Below the pieces are notes generated by a model. It searched no databases and was not told the DNA's origin. It saw only the letters and a program-made list of their open reading frames with translations. From contig CADAZX010000012.1 of NCBI GenBank assembly GCA_902792515.1, positions 6,165-70,164 of the forward strand: a stretch of 64,000 nt of DNA. Reading direction: 5' to 3'. The translations under genes and the position numbers were made by a program. The stretch comes from an uncultured Ruminococcus sp. (GTDB taxonomy: Bacteria > Bacillota > Clostridia > UBA1212). Below are positions 37,387 to 47,314 of this stretch, piece after piece; the stretch's first letter is position 1; every line of letters begins with the position of its first letter.

Positions 37387-37950
37387 TTACGACCTTTTAT
37401 AAAGTATCGACGCGGCGACCTTGTCCGCTGCCTGTTTCCCCGCGAGCGCTTCCGCGATCGCCAGCGCGAAGTCGAGCGCGGTCCCCACGCCTCTCGACGT
37501 GATCACGTTCCCGTCCCTGACAACCTTCTCCTCCGAATACCCGCAGGCAGCTTCGTCTACGCAGCCGGGATAAGACGTGGCGCGGCGCCCTTTAAGAAGG
37601 CCCGCCTTTTCGAGAACGCACGGCGCCGCGCATATCGCGCAGACAATTTTTCCCTTTGCGTAAAACGCTTTCGCGGCGTCTGTCGCGCGCGTGTCGTCGC
37701 GGAGGGTGTGTGCGTTAGGCAGTCCGCCCGGGAACGCCAGTGCGTCGAACGCATCCGCGCAGTCTTCGTTTACCATTCGTCCGAAAACGGCGTCGGCGGC
37801 TACGTCTATGCCGTGGGAGCCGTGAAGAACGTTTCTGCCGGTCATCGAGCAGACAGTAACCGCGACCCCCGCCCTTCTCAGAATATCCACTGTAGTCAGC
37901 GCTTCGACCTCCTCAAAGCCGTCGTGAACCATCATCAATACTTTTTTCAT
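37387..37950 (-). CDS. DJ-1/PfpI-family protein
   Basis: Start at MKKVLMM (ATG 37950). Nucleophile-elbow cysteine in ..KIVCAICAAP... Confidence 0.8.
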   Translation of the reverse strand: MKKVLMMVHDGFEEVEALTTVDILRRAGVAVTVCSMTGRNVLHGSHGIDVAADAVFGRMVNEDCADAFDALAFPGGLPNAHTLRDDTRATDAAKAFYAKGKIVCAICAAPCVLEKAGLLKGRRATSYPGCVDEAACGYSEEKVVRDGNVITSRGVGTALDFALAIAEALAGKQAADKVAASILYKRS

Positions 37951-38051
37951 CTCCAAAGCACGTTCCTTTCTCTTTTCACGGCCGCTGGAGCGCGGCGGTG
38001 TTATGATCATATACGAAAATTATACCCGTTTCCGCCCCGGGCTTCAACCGT

Positions 38052-38152
38052 GTTTCCCGCCGTTTCCAATTAATTTTCCAATTGATTTTCTGTCATTATC
38101 CGGCATTTCCCGCTTTTTCCGGCTTTTCCCGCGTTTTTCCGGCATTTTCCAT
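38052..38152. repeat. low-complexity TTTTCCGGC / TTTCCCGC tract
   Basis: ttccaattaattttccaattgattttc ... ccggcatttcccgctttttccggcttttcccgcgtttttccggcattttcc. Confidence 0.5.
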
Positions 38153-38285
38153 CCTCGCACGCGAATAAAGTATACCCGGAAACCAATATAAAAAATCCGC
38201 GTCCCTCCCCCGGCCGCCCTTTAACGGACACGCGCGGACTGAAGAAACGCGGATCGAATTATTGTTTTAAACCGTTGCGACCGTT

Positions 38286-39953
38286 TTACGCGGCGGTGTG
38301 GCTGACGCTCTCGAACTTGGCTTTGTCAATGATCTTGACGGCCTTGTTGTTCTTCTTCGTGAGCTCGTACTTGGCGCCGGCGTCGGCGACCTCTTTGGAG
38401 GTGTCGTCATCGGACTTGAGCGACTTGAGGTTGTTCAGAACGACCGTTCTCACGCTGAGCGTGGCAGAAGAGTTCTCGTCCTCCGCGGGCTCGTCCTCGG
38501 TGCTGGTGTTGATGTCGAGGATGCCGGTGCACTTCGTGATGTAGTAGCGGTTGTCGTCCTGGAAGAGCTTCAGTTTGGTCTCCTTGAACTTGCCGCTGTC
38601 GTCGGTAACGCTCTCGAGGTTGTAGTCGTTTCCGTAGGGCTCGAGGTCGGGCTTCTCGACCGGGTTCTCGTTCTCTTTTTCGCCCTCTTCCTTGTCGCCT
38701 TCCTCGTCGCCTTCCTCAGCCTTGTCGTCGGTCTTCTCGGTGAGCGTGCTCTTCACGGCCTTGCGCGTGTCGTCGGTCCACTGGAGAGAGTTCGCGAATT
38801 TTCCGAGCAGGTCGGTCGACGAAGGAGTTCCGCTGAACGTGTTGGCGCCCTTCGCGGAAGCGTAGAGAACGCCCTCTTTGGCGGCGATGTCTTCAAGCGT
38901 GGCGTCGGTGTAGTCGGGAACCGCCTTGATGTCGTTGCCGTCGGCGTCCTTCTCGCCTGTTGCAACTTCCGCGATGCCCTTGCCGGTGTACTTGCCGTCC
39001 TTAAGGAGCGCGTCGAAAATCGCCTTGACCTTCGTCTCGATTTCATCGCACTTCTGGTTCCATTCCTCGAGCTTCTTGTTGTACTCTTCGAGGTCCTTCA
39101 CGTACTTGTCGTACGCGTCCTTCTTGGTCTTGTACTCGACGTACTCTTCGGAGGTCTCGTCCTTGTTCTCGGGCTCGGTGGGCTCAGTGACCTTGGTGGG
39201 CTCGGTAGGCTTGGAGCCGGGCTTCGCGAAAACGAGCGAAGTCAGGTTGATCCTGCGGTAGTCGTCGAGGTGCTTGTTGTACTCGTCGAGGACGGCCTGT
39301 TCGCCGTTGCTCTTGACGTTTCCGTCATCGTCTTTGAAGTACAGATCTTCGACCTTGTATGTCTCTTCGAGCTTGTCTCTGTACTTTTCGATAGCCGCGA
39401 GCTTGTTGGCGTACTTGCAGTACTCGTCGAGCTCGTCATAAGTGACGTTGACGCCCGTTACAAGCTTCACGATCTGATCCACGGAATACGAGCTTCCGTA
39501 CATCTGATAATAGATGTTGATGTAGTAATTGAGGTTATTTTTGATGTTGGTCTTTTCCTGCTTGGAAAGATTGCATCCGTTCTTCACGGCGAGACGGTAT
39601 TTTCCGTTGAACTCGGCAACCTCTTTAAGAGCGTGCTCCTGAGCCTCCGCCTGCTTGTCCGCCGTCCAGTACGTGCTCGCGGAGAAGTTTTCGTCAGCCT
39701 CGTCCGCCTCGGACTCCATTTCCGCGACAGCGTCGTCGAGGAAAATACGGTACTCGAGAACAGGAACGCGCTTGCCGTCGACGTAACCGACATAAGATTT
39801 GCTGTCCGCGTCAATAAGAACGGCAGCGACAATCGCGGCGGTGATGACCGCGACCGCGATAACGATAATTAAAATAATTTTGGTATCGAATTTGGAGACT
39901 TTCTTGGGAGTCGGTCTCTTTTTATCATAAATACCCTTAGCCAAAATGCTCAA
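38286..39953 (-). CDS. hypothetical membrane-anchored, Lys/Glu/Asp-rich extracytoplasmic protein (SurA-N/PrsA-like region possible)
   Basis: 555 aa: N-terminal TM helix, then a low-complexity, highly charged sequence. No catalytic motif recognised. Confidence 0.55.
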   Translation of the reverse strand: MSILAKGIYDKKRPTPKKVSKFDTKIILIIVIAVAVITAAIVAAVLIDADSKSYVGYVDGKRVPVLEYRIFLDDAVAEMESEADEADENFSASTYWTADKQAEAQEHALKEVAEFNGKYRLAVKNGCNLSKQEKTNIKNNLNYYINIYYQMYGSSYSVDQIVKLVTGVNVTYDELDEYCKYANKLAAIEKYRDKLEETYKVEDLYFKDDDGNVKSNGEQAVLDEYNKHLDDYRRINLTSLVFAKPGSKPTEPTKVTEPTEPENKDETSEEYVEYKTKKDAYDKYVKDLEEYNKKLEEWNQKCDEIETKVKAIFDALLKDGKYTGKGIAEVATGEKDADGNDIKAVPDYTDATLEDIAAKEGVLYASAKGANTFSGTPSSTDLLGKFANSLQWTDDTRKAVKSTLTEKTDDKAEEGDEEGDKEEGEKENENPVEKPDLEPYGNDYNLESVTDDSGKFKETKLKLFQDDNRYYITKCTGILDINTSTEDEPAEDENSSATLSVRTVVLNNLKSLKSDDDTSKEVADAGAKYELTKKNNKAVKIIDKAKFESVSHTAA

Positions 39954-40188
39954 CCGCCTTTTCTAAAATGTAAATCGTTCTCTCTTGCGGAAGTTCCGGA
40001 AAACTCCGGCGGAAACTGCCCTGTCTCACCGCTCCGCAGAATAAAGCAAATAATATTATATACTTTCCGTACAGTTTTGGCAACCCTTTTTTTGTAAATG
40101 ACGCCGCCGTGTGACGCCCCCGGTGACGCCGCCTTGGAAGCGAAAAGCCGGCCCGCGGCCGAAGAAGCCCGGAAACCGCCGATTTTAC

Positions 40189-40218
40189 TTGAAAAAACAC
40201 CCTCGAAAATGGTACACT
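40189..40218 (+). promoter_or_regulatory. putative promoter of the GH78-like gene
   Basis: TTGAAA (40189-40194), 18-nt spacer, TGg-TACACT (40213-40218). Confidence 0.35.
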
Positions 40219-40253
40219 AAGCGCAATGAATGCTCACGGGAGGGACCACTTCT

Positions 40254-42719
40254 ATGCAAAATCCATTTTTGAAAGCGATACCTGTACGGACCGACGGCGG
40301 AGACGAAGGCTCGGTCAACAGATACACGGACTTTTTCGCGGTGATCGAAGGGCTGAGGACAACTCAGGACACCGGCGAGGTCGCGGGGCGCGTGATTTTC
40401 GAGATCAACGCCGACAGCGAATTTGCGGCATGGGTCAACGGCTGTCTCGTTTTGACAGGCCAACACTCGCAATACCCCGGGAAGCCCGTTCCGGAGACGT
40501 GCGAGATAACGGATTACCTCAGACCGGGAGTCAACACGCTCGCGATTACCGTCTACAGACAGGGGCTCACGACGTCGTCGTACCTTCAGTGCCGCGGCCA
40601 GCTTCTTTACGAGGTGACGCAGATCCTGCCCGGAGAGGTAAACGGAACCGTGATCGCCGCCTCTTCCGCGGAAACGACTGTCGCGAGGCTTTCGCGCGCG
40701 TATAAAAGCGGCTCCGTGCCCATGGTGAGCGGTCAGCTCGGTTTCACGTTCGCGTTCAGCGCAGCCGAGGATTTCGCGGGTTTCATCTCGCCGGAATATG
40801 ATTTTGAAAAAGCCGCCGCGGACGGATTTCAGCCCGCCGAAGAACTTCCTCTCGCGGAGGACACCGTTTTCGTGCCGAGGGGCATAGAAAAGCTGGCAAT
40901 TCTCGGCGCGGGACCGGCGAACGTACTGGCACAGGGCATTTTCGACTTCGGCCGCGAGTACCGCGAGACGAACACCCTTCCCCACGCGCAGTACATGCAG
41001 AACGCCGCGCTCAAGGCGATGCGTTTCTCCGAGCTCTCTCAGGACGCGCCGAACAGGCCCAGAACGCTCCCGGCTGTCGAAAATTATATGGAGCGCCCCT
41101 GCGAAAAGCCCGCCCCCGCCGCCGGCGCAATCCGCTTCAGGACCGACAAGATCGTTCTGTCGGGTGCTTTGCGGGAAGGCCGAGGCATCTACGCCGTCAT
41201 CGACCTCGGAAAGGAGACCTTCGGCTACCTGTCGTTCAGGATATCTCTCGAACGGCCCGCGGTTTGCGGGATCGCCTACAGCGACCACCTGATCGACCTC
41301 CGCGCAAGGAGCTTCGTCGGCGGAAGATCGTTCGCGAACACACTGATCCTCCCCGCGGGAGAGACGTGCTATACACACCTTTTCAGCAAAATAGGCGGCA
41401 GATACTTGCAGATCTATGCCGAAACCGACGATATCACGATCTCCGGGCTCGGAATCGTTCCCGTGCGCTACCCTGTTGACGACCACAGGCGCGGGACGTT
41501 TATGATCAACGACGCGCTTCACGCGAAGATTTTCGATACCTGCCTCGACACGCTTCTCCTCTGCATGAACGAGCACTATATGGACTGCCCGCAGCGCGAA
41601 CAGTCGCTCTACGCGATGGACAGCCGCAACCAGATGCTCTGCGGTTACTATGCTTTCGGCGAGTACGCGTACGCAAAAGAGAGCCTGCGACTCATGGGCC
41701 GGTCGCTCCGCGAGGAGGACGGTCTTCTGGAGCTGTGCAGCCCCGCGAAGGTCTCCGTGACGATACCGTCGTTTTCGCTCCACTGGGTCATCGCCCTCTG
41801 CGAGTACGTGAGGTACAGCGGCGACACCGAATTCTTCACCGAGCAGCTCCCGGTCACCAACGCACTTATGCGCGCGATGCTGAGCAGACGGACCTCCTCG
41901 GGTTGCCTCGTCCGCTGGGAAGGCGCCGAGCACTGGAATTTCCACGAGTGGAGTGGCGAACTGGCGGGAACGATCGGAACTCCGAATTCCACCGACGCCG
42001 ACGCCTGCCTGACAGCGCTTTTCATCATGGCCACCTCCCTCCTCGCCGACACGATCAACGACGCGGCTCCTTTTAACACAAGCGCCTCCGAACGCGCCGA
42101 CATGCTCCGCGAACTCGCTTCGGGAATGCGCGCCGCCTTCAACAGAACGTTCTTCGACACTTCGGTAGGCACCTACGCCTCGCTCAGCGACGGCAGAACT
42201 CTGCGCGACTACAGCCAGTTCACGAACGCGCTCGCGATCCTCTGCGGCGCCGCCGGCCTCTCCGAGACAACGTACCAGGGCGCGGTCAACGCTCTCGCAG
42301 GCGCCAACCTCCCTGTTGAAGTCCTTCCCTGCACGCTCAGCACGACCATTTTTAAGTACGAAGCGCTTCTTTCCGTCTCGCGCGACTTTATCGACACCGT
42401 CATGGACGAGATCACTTTTCTCTGGGGTCACATGCTCTACAACGGCGCGACGTCGTTCTGGGAGACCATAGCCGGTGCCGCCGATTTCGACGACGCGGGC
42501 TCTCTCTGCCACGGCTGGGCGGCAATTCCGGTCATTATCTACTACAAGTACATTCTGGGCATCAACCCGACCGCCCCGGGCTTCCGCAACTACGACGTGA
42601 ATCCGGTCCCGTGGAACGGCCACTACGCGGAAGGTTCGGTATACCTCCCCGCGTCTAAAAAGGTGCTCCGCGTCGAAACGGACGGAAAGTCTTTCTCGGC
42701 GGACACGTTCAACCTGTAA
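40254..42719 (+). CDS. six-hairpin glycosidase, alpha-L-rhamnosidase (GH78)-like
   Basis: Start at the second ATG (40254) after GGGAGGG. Contains a MDCPQREQ motif in the (alpha/alpha)6 region. The long minus-strand ORF 40185..42722 is antisense. Confidence 0.6.
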   Translation: MQNPFLKAIPVRTDGGDEGSVNRYTDFFAVIEGLRTTQDTGEVAGRVIFEINADSEFAAWVNGCLVLTGQHSQYPGKPVPETCEITDYLRPGVNTLAITVYRQGLTTSSYLQCRGQLLYEVTQILPGEVNGTVIAASSAETTVARLSRAYKSGSVPMVSGQLGFTFAFSAAEDFAGFISPEYDFEKAAADGFQPAEELPLAEDTVFVPRGIEKLAILGAGPANVLAQGIFDFGREYRETNTLPHAQYMQNAALKAMRFSELSQDAPNRPRTLPAVENYMERPCEKPAPAAGAIRFRTDKIVLSGALREGRGIYAVIDLGKETFGYLSFRISLERPAVCGIAYSDHLIDLRARSFVGGRSFANTLILPAGETCYTHLFSKIGGRYLQIYAETDDITISGLGIVPVRYPVDDHRRGTFMINDALHAKIFDTCLDTLLLCMNEHYMDCPQREQSLYAMDSRNQMLCGYYAFGEYAYAKESLRLMGRSLREEDGLLELCSPAKVSVTIPSFSLHWVIALCEYVRYSGDTEFFTEQLPVTNALMRAMLSRRTSSGCLVRWEGAEHWNFHEWSGELAGTIGTPNSTDADACLTALFIMATSLLADTINDAAPFNTSASERADMLRELASGMRAAFNRTFFDTSVGTYASLSDGRTLRDYSQFTNALAILCGAAGLSETTYQGAVNALAGANLPVEVLPCTLSTTIFKYEALLSVSRDFIDTVMDEITFLWGHMLYNGATSFWETIAGAADFDDAGSLCHGWAAIPVIIYYKYILGINPTAPGFRNYDVNPVPWNGHYAEGSVYLPASKKVLRVETDGKSFSADTFNL

Positions 42720-42964
42720 CACCTGGATTTCGAAGTAAAAAATTAAATCAAAAGCCCTGAGGCTCAGGCGTTTCCGCGATCTCGCGAATGATGCTGCTTC
42801 AGGGCTTTATTGTGACGTCTTTAGTGTATCCGGAAACGGAACGCTCTTTTTAAATCAGGCCGCTGCCACGCTGCTCCTTCCGCTTGTTATGCGGGGATAT
42901 GAGTTTGGAATCCTTTCCAAGGATAAGGATGCGGTTTATCTGCAGGTTTCCCAAACACCCGCTG

Positions 42965-43756
42965 CTAACACGGTGCGTTTGCGGGAAGTGAAAAACAAGA
43001 GCGAGTCGTCGCTCCGGGCGAGTGGCAAACAGGTTTTCCATCGGTTTTTCCCGCAACAGTGTACGCCCTCTCCTCGACGGTGTCGTCCGTTCTCGAGTAA
43101 AGTCCGTTTTTTCCGGCGGAGTAGCAGACGATGTCGTAGCGCATCAGGCGGTCTTCGTAGTCTGCCGTCCAGAGGCACGTGCCGTTTTCGCCGTCCTCGA
43201 AAAAGAATCCCTCCGCGGCGACTTCCCGGAAATACCGGTCGGTCAGAAAATCGAAAACGAGCAGCCCCTCGGGGTCGATAAAGTTGTACGCGCACTCCAG
43301 GAACATGCCCAGCCCGCCTTCGCGAGTTATATGGTTGACGCCGTCCTCGAGGCAGTACATCGCCGCGTAGGAGCCGTACGTGTCCATTTCGCACATATCC
43401 TGGCAGAGCCACAGAATATCGGGGCCTTTTCTGCCGCGGCGCTTTGAAGATGCGATACCGAGCATCTCGGGACTTATGTCAAGCCCTGTCATGTCGAATC
43501 CGCGCGCCGCCATCTCAAACGTAAGCTCGCCGGTGCCGCATCCCACGTCGATAACGAGGGTCGACTTTTTGACGTCGCTTCCGTCCGAGGACGCTTTTCT
43601 GCGCGCGCGTCTGCCGTTTTCCAGGAAATAGCCCGCTGCCTGCGCGAGACCCTCCGGCCCGTGTTCCTTAAAAATACCGCACAGAAAATCCGCAAGCTTT
43701 TCGCGGTCCATGTCTCCCGTGTATGCGTCGTAAAAGGCAGCGAGTTCGCCGTACAT
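42965..43756 (-). CDS. class I SAM-dependent methyltransferase
   Basis: Motif I VIDVGCGTGELT and post-I acidic residue GLDIS. Confidence 0.8.
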   Translation of the reverse strand: MYGELAAFYDAYTGDMDREKLADFLCGIFKEHGPEGLAQAAGYFLENGRRARRKASSDGSDVKKSTLVIDVGCGTGELTFEMAARGFDMTGLDISPEMLGIASSKRRGRKGPDILWLCQDMCEMDTYGSYAAMYCLEDGVNHITREGGLGMFLECAYNFIDPEGLLVFDFLTDRYFREVAAEGFFFEDGENGTCLWTADYEDRLMRYDIVCYSAGKNGLYSRTDDTVEERAYTVAGKTDGKPVCHSPGATTRSCFSLPANAPC

Positions 43757-43840
43757 TTTCCAAACCTCCGTGTTGCCCGCGGCTCCGTGCCGCGGCGCGT
43801 TTTTCCCTGAAAAAAGGCAAAAACCGGGTTTTACCGCAAG

Positions 43841-45646
43841 TTACTTTTTCAAAATTTCGAGCGCTTTCGCGAGCACCGCGTCCTCCCCCTCGGGAATGAG
43901 CTCCGGGTCGGTGTTTTTGTACTCCGCCGCCTGCTCGACCGCTACGTCCGGATTGATCCCGACGCCGTCGATGCACTCGCCCGAGGGCGTGAAGTACCTG
44001 TGAGTCGACAGAACGATCCCGCTGCCGTCGCTCTCAAAAGTCAGGTTGATTTGCGCGAGCGCCTTGCCGTACGTATGCGAGCCTACCGTCGTTCCCGCCT
44101 TGAAATCCCTGAACGCTCCCGCCAGAAGCTCCGAAGCGCTCGCGGTTCCGCCGTCTACAAGCAACACCATGGGAACTCTAATGCAGTTCGAATCTGACGT
44201 AAACGTATTCACGACGGTTCCGTCGCGCCTTTTCGACACCGCGACCGTCCCCTCGGGAAGAATAATATCGCTGACCTCGACAGCCTCGTTTACGTAGCCG
44301 CCCGGATTTCCGCGCAGGTCGATCACAAGGCCGTCGGCGCCGTCACCGGTCACGTCGAGAAGCGCCTTTTTGAATTCCTCCGCCGTCCCGCCGATAAACT
44401 GGTTGACGCGGATGTACTTGATGCCGCCGCCCAGGTCGCGGGCGCTGACGGTCTTTTTGACGATTTTTTCGACCGTGCACCTGACGTCGCGCGTTACACC
44501 CGCGTTTTCGAGCGTCAGAACGATCTCCTCGCCTGTTTTGGAGAGCTCGCTCCTGATTTCGGAAATAGCCACGCCGTCCGTGGATTTTCCGTTGACAGCC
44601 CTGAGAACGTCGCCGGCCGTGATTCCCGCCTTTTCCGCGGGTGAGTTTTCCTCGACCTCGGTGACGTAAATGACGCCGTCAACTGTTTTCACCGTCATGC
44701 CTATGCCGCTGTAGGAGCCGTCTATAAAATCGGTGTAGTCCGACATCTTCCCGGGTCTGTAGTAGCTGCCGTAAGGGTCGTCGATTGATTCGGCCATGCC
44801 CCTGACCGCGCCCTCGACAAGCTCGTTCGGGTCAACGTCGGTGTAGTAGTTGTCTATTATAAAACGGTAAACAGACTGCAGTTTCGCAGTCTGTTCGTCG
44901 TCGAGGCCCTGTTCGGAAAAGTCGACCGAGTAGCCGGTCGCGGCCTTTTTATTTGAGACGCGCGAAGAAATTCTGCCTATGAAGTAGCCGCAGAGGCCTA
45001 CGAGGAACAGGAGGAGCGCGAGCATGATCGCCACGATCGCGATAACGGCGCGGCGTTCTCTCTTGTCGGCGGCTTCGTGCCGGTCTCCGGCGGATTGTTC
45101 TTCGTTTTCATCTCCGGAAGCGTCTAAGGCGCCGTTCTCCGTGTCTTTCTTCGTGCCGTTCTCCGCGGAATTTCCGGCAGCGTCCGCGGTTTTTCCGGCA
45201 GCGCCCGCGGTTTTTCCGTTTTCGGCGGCGTCAGAAGCGTCACCGTTCAAAGAGTTTCCGTTTGCCGCAGCCTCCGTCGCGGATCCCGCACTCAGTCCTG
45301 CCGCCCCGCTTTGATTATGTTCCGTTTCCGTGAACCCTCTCAGCCGGCCCGTTACCGACGAAGGGTCGAAAACCGTATCCGATCCGGGCTGAACGTCCTC
45401 AAGCCTTTGCTCCGTCACCGCGGAATTGTTTTCCGGCCTGTTTTCCGTCCCGCCTTCAGACCTTCCCGCGTCGCTTCCGGAATCGGGAACGTTCCCGAAC
45501 TGCCCGTAAAGCCTCGTTTTAGGTCTCGAAGCGCTTCCCGCGCCGCTCAGAGCCTCCGCGAAGAACGAATCCGCCCACTCGTCGTGTTCTCTGTTATCCG
45601 GTTGGAAATTATCAAAATCGCCCATATTTTCAACCCTTGCCGTCAA
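43841..45646 (-). CDS. ctpA: S41 C-terminal processing peptidase with ~200-aa disordered N-terminal tail
   Basis: TM anchor, PDZ domain, S41 catalytic region (..VLLVDGGTASASELLAGAF..). Start overlaps the ftsX stop as ATGA. Confidence 0.8.
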   Translation of the reverse strand: MTARVENMGDFDNFQPDNREHDEWADSFFAEALSGAGSASRPKTRLYGQFGNVPDSGSDAGRSEGGTENRPENNSAVTEQRLEDVQPGSDTVFDPSSVTGRLRGFTETEHNQSGAAGLSAGSATEAAANGNSLNGDASDAAENGKTAGAAGKTADAAGNSAENGTKKDTENGALDASGDENEEQSAGDRHEAADKRERRAVIAIVAIMLALLLFLVGLCGYFIGRISSRVSNKKAATGYSVDFSEQGLDDEQTAKLQSVYRFIIDNYYTDVDPNELVEGAVRGMAESIDDPYGSYYRPGKMSDYTDFIDGSYSGIGMTVKTVDGVIYVTEVEENSPAEKAGITAGDVLRAVNGKSTDGVAISEIRSELSKTGEEIVLTLENAGVTRDVRCTVEKIVKKTVSARDLGGGIKYIRVNQFIGGTAEEFKKALLDVTGDGADGLVIDLRGNPGGYVNEAVEVSDIILPEGTVAVSKRRDGTVVNTFTSDSNCIRVPMVLLVDGGTASASELLAGAFRDFKAGTTVGSHTYGKALAQINLTFESDGSGIVLSTHRYFTPSGECIDGVGINPDVAVEQAAEYKNTDPELIPEGEDAVLAKALEILKK

Positions 45647-46563
45647 ACTTTCATATGCTTTTTAGAAGCCCACACGCTCGCGACGAAGCCCGTCACGATG
45701 CCGAAAATGAGGAACGCCAGGAATATCCAGCCGGCGCCCGTCTCTTTAAACGTAAGCGGGACAATGTTCGCGGAAACGGCCGTGTCGTAAACGCCCTTGT
45801 AGACCGCCGAGTAGATTCCGGAGAGCGCGAAGAACGCAAGCACGGAGCCCACGATTCCGGTGAAAACGCCCTCGATAACGAACGGCACCGCGATGTACAG
45901 GTCGGTCGCGCCGATGTACTTCATGATCTGAATCTCGTTTTTCCTCGCCAGAATCGTCAGCTTGACCGTGTTGAAAATCAGCAGGATCGAGAGCATCGTC
46001 ATGAAAACGACCGCTATGATCGTGCCGATGTTGACCCAGAAGCGCATGAGCTGCATTTTTTCAATGGTGCCCACAATGTCCTTCACGCTGTCGACGCCGT
46101 CCAGCCCCTTGACCTCCTCAAGGAACCCGGTGCCGTCCGTGTACTCGTTCAGCTGCACCTCGATTGACGCGAAGTGAAGTCTCTCGCTCTCCCTGTACTT
46201 TTCAAAAAGCTCCTCGTCGCCCTTAAAGTAGGAAATAATTCTGTCCAGGTTCGCCTCTTTGGAAATGAACTGCGCATCCTTCACGCGGGAGTCCGACTTG
46301 ATGACCTCGAAGTACTCCATGGCCTCTTCGTCGCTGACGAGGTAGCTGAGGTTGATCTGCACCTCCGCGCGGTCGCCGAACTGCCTGATCACCGAGCCGA
46401 GCGTAATTCCCGCCTCGATCATCAGTCCCGAAATGAGAAGCACCGAAAAAACGACGATAACAGACGCGAAAACCATAAAAAGGTTGCGAAGTATGTTTCT
46501 GAAGCCCTGCCGGAGCTCGTAATAAGCCAGTCTCAGGAATTTCATAGCGCCGCCTCCCTTCAC
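45643..46563 (-). CDS. ftsX: cell-division ABC transporter permease FtsX
   Basis: 306 aa with four TM helices and a large first periplasmic loop; overlaps ftsE as ATGA. Confidence 0.85.
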   Translation of the reverse strand: MKGGGAMKFLRLAYYELRQGFRNILRNLFMVFASVIVVFSVLLISGLMIEAGITLGSVIRQFGDRAEVQINLSYLVSDEEAMEYFEVIKSDSRVKDAQFISKEANLDRIISYFKGDEELFEKYRESERLHFASIEVQLNEYTDGTGFLEEVKGLDGVDSVKDIVGTIEKMQLMRFWVNIGTIIAVVFMTMLSILLIFNTVKLTILARKNEIQIMKYIGATDLYIAVPFVIEGVFTGIVGSVLAFFALSGIYSAVYKGVYDTAVSANIVPLTFKETGAGWIFLAFLIFGIVTGFVASVWASKKHMKV

Positions 46564-47264
46564 TCGGTGAACTGTCTCATGCCGTGGGACAGCGAAATGA
46601 CTCTCTGGCCGCTGTTCTCGACTATGCCCGCCTCGTGCGTCGCGACGAGAACCGTGGCGCCCATATTGTTGATCTCTTTAAGAAGGCGCATGATCTCCAT
46701 TGAATTCTCGGGGTCGAGGTTGCCTGTGGGCTCGTCGGCAATAATAAGTCCCGGCAGCAGCACGATTGCCCTCGCGATCGCCACACGCTGAAGCTCGCCG
46801 CCCGAAAGGTGCATCGCCTTTTCGTTTTTCTTGGCCAGAATTCCGACAGTGTCCAGAACGGCGTCGACTCTCTCGTCGATCCTTTTTTTAGGCTCGCCGA
46901 GCATCTCCATCGCGCAGGCGATGTTTTCGTAAACGCTCCTGCCAAGTATGATTCTGAAATCCTGGAAAACGACGCCGACCTCGCGTCTGTAGTAAGGAAT
47001 GCCGCTGTCTTTAATATCCGACAGCCTGATGTTTCCGACCGTGATCGAGCCATCTGTCGGCCGCTCCTCCATCATAAGAAGTCTGATGAGCGACGACTTG
47101 CCGGAGCCGGAATGGCCCATAAGAAACGCAAACTCCCCCGGAGCGACGCGGAAACTCACGTTGTCGAGCGCGCGCACTCCGTTCGGGTAGTCTTTTGTCA
47201 CGTTTCTGAAAACTATCTCCGGCCCGTTCAGCCGGTCAATTCTTTTTTCCTCTGAGTTCTTCAT
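46560..47264 (-). CDS. ftsE: cell-division ABC transporter ATP-binding protein FtsE
   Basis: Walker A GHSGSGKSS, signature LSGGELQRVAIARAI, Walker B ADEPTGNLD. Confidence 0.9.
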   Translation of the reverse strand: MKNSEEKRIDRLNGPEIVFRNVTKDYPNGVRALDNVSFRVAPGEFAFLMGHSGSGKSSLIRLLMMEERPTDGSITVGNIRLSDIKDSGIPYYRREVGVVFQDFRIILGRSVYENIACAMEMLGEPKKRIDERVDAVLDTVGILAKKNEKAMHLSGGELQRVAIARAIVLLPGLIIADEPTGNLDPENSMEIMRLLKEINNMGATVLVATHEAGIVENSGQRVISLSHGMRQFTE

Positions 47265-47314
47265 TTGTAAACCGCCTTAACATATAATCAGCGCCCGGCA
47301 GGATTTCCGGAAAA

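Noticed and set aside
42750-42830. Hairpin downstream of the GH78-like gene as an intrinsic terminator
   Set aside because: The complementary segments gccctgag / cttcagggc are separated by a ~45-nt loop, and only a short T-run follows. This is too weak to call.
45643-47264. ftsE/ftsX as part of a novel ABC system
   Set aside because: This is the canonical FtsEX cell-division pair followed by ctpA, a well-known arrangement in Firmicutes.
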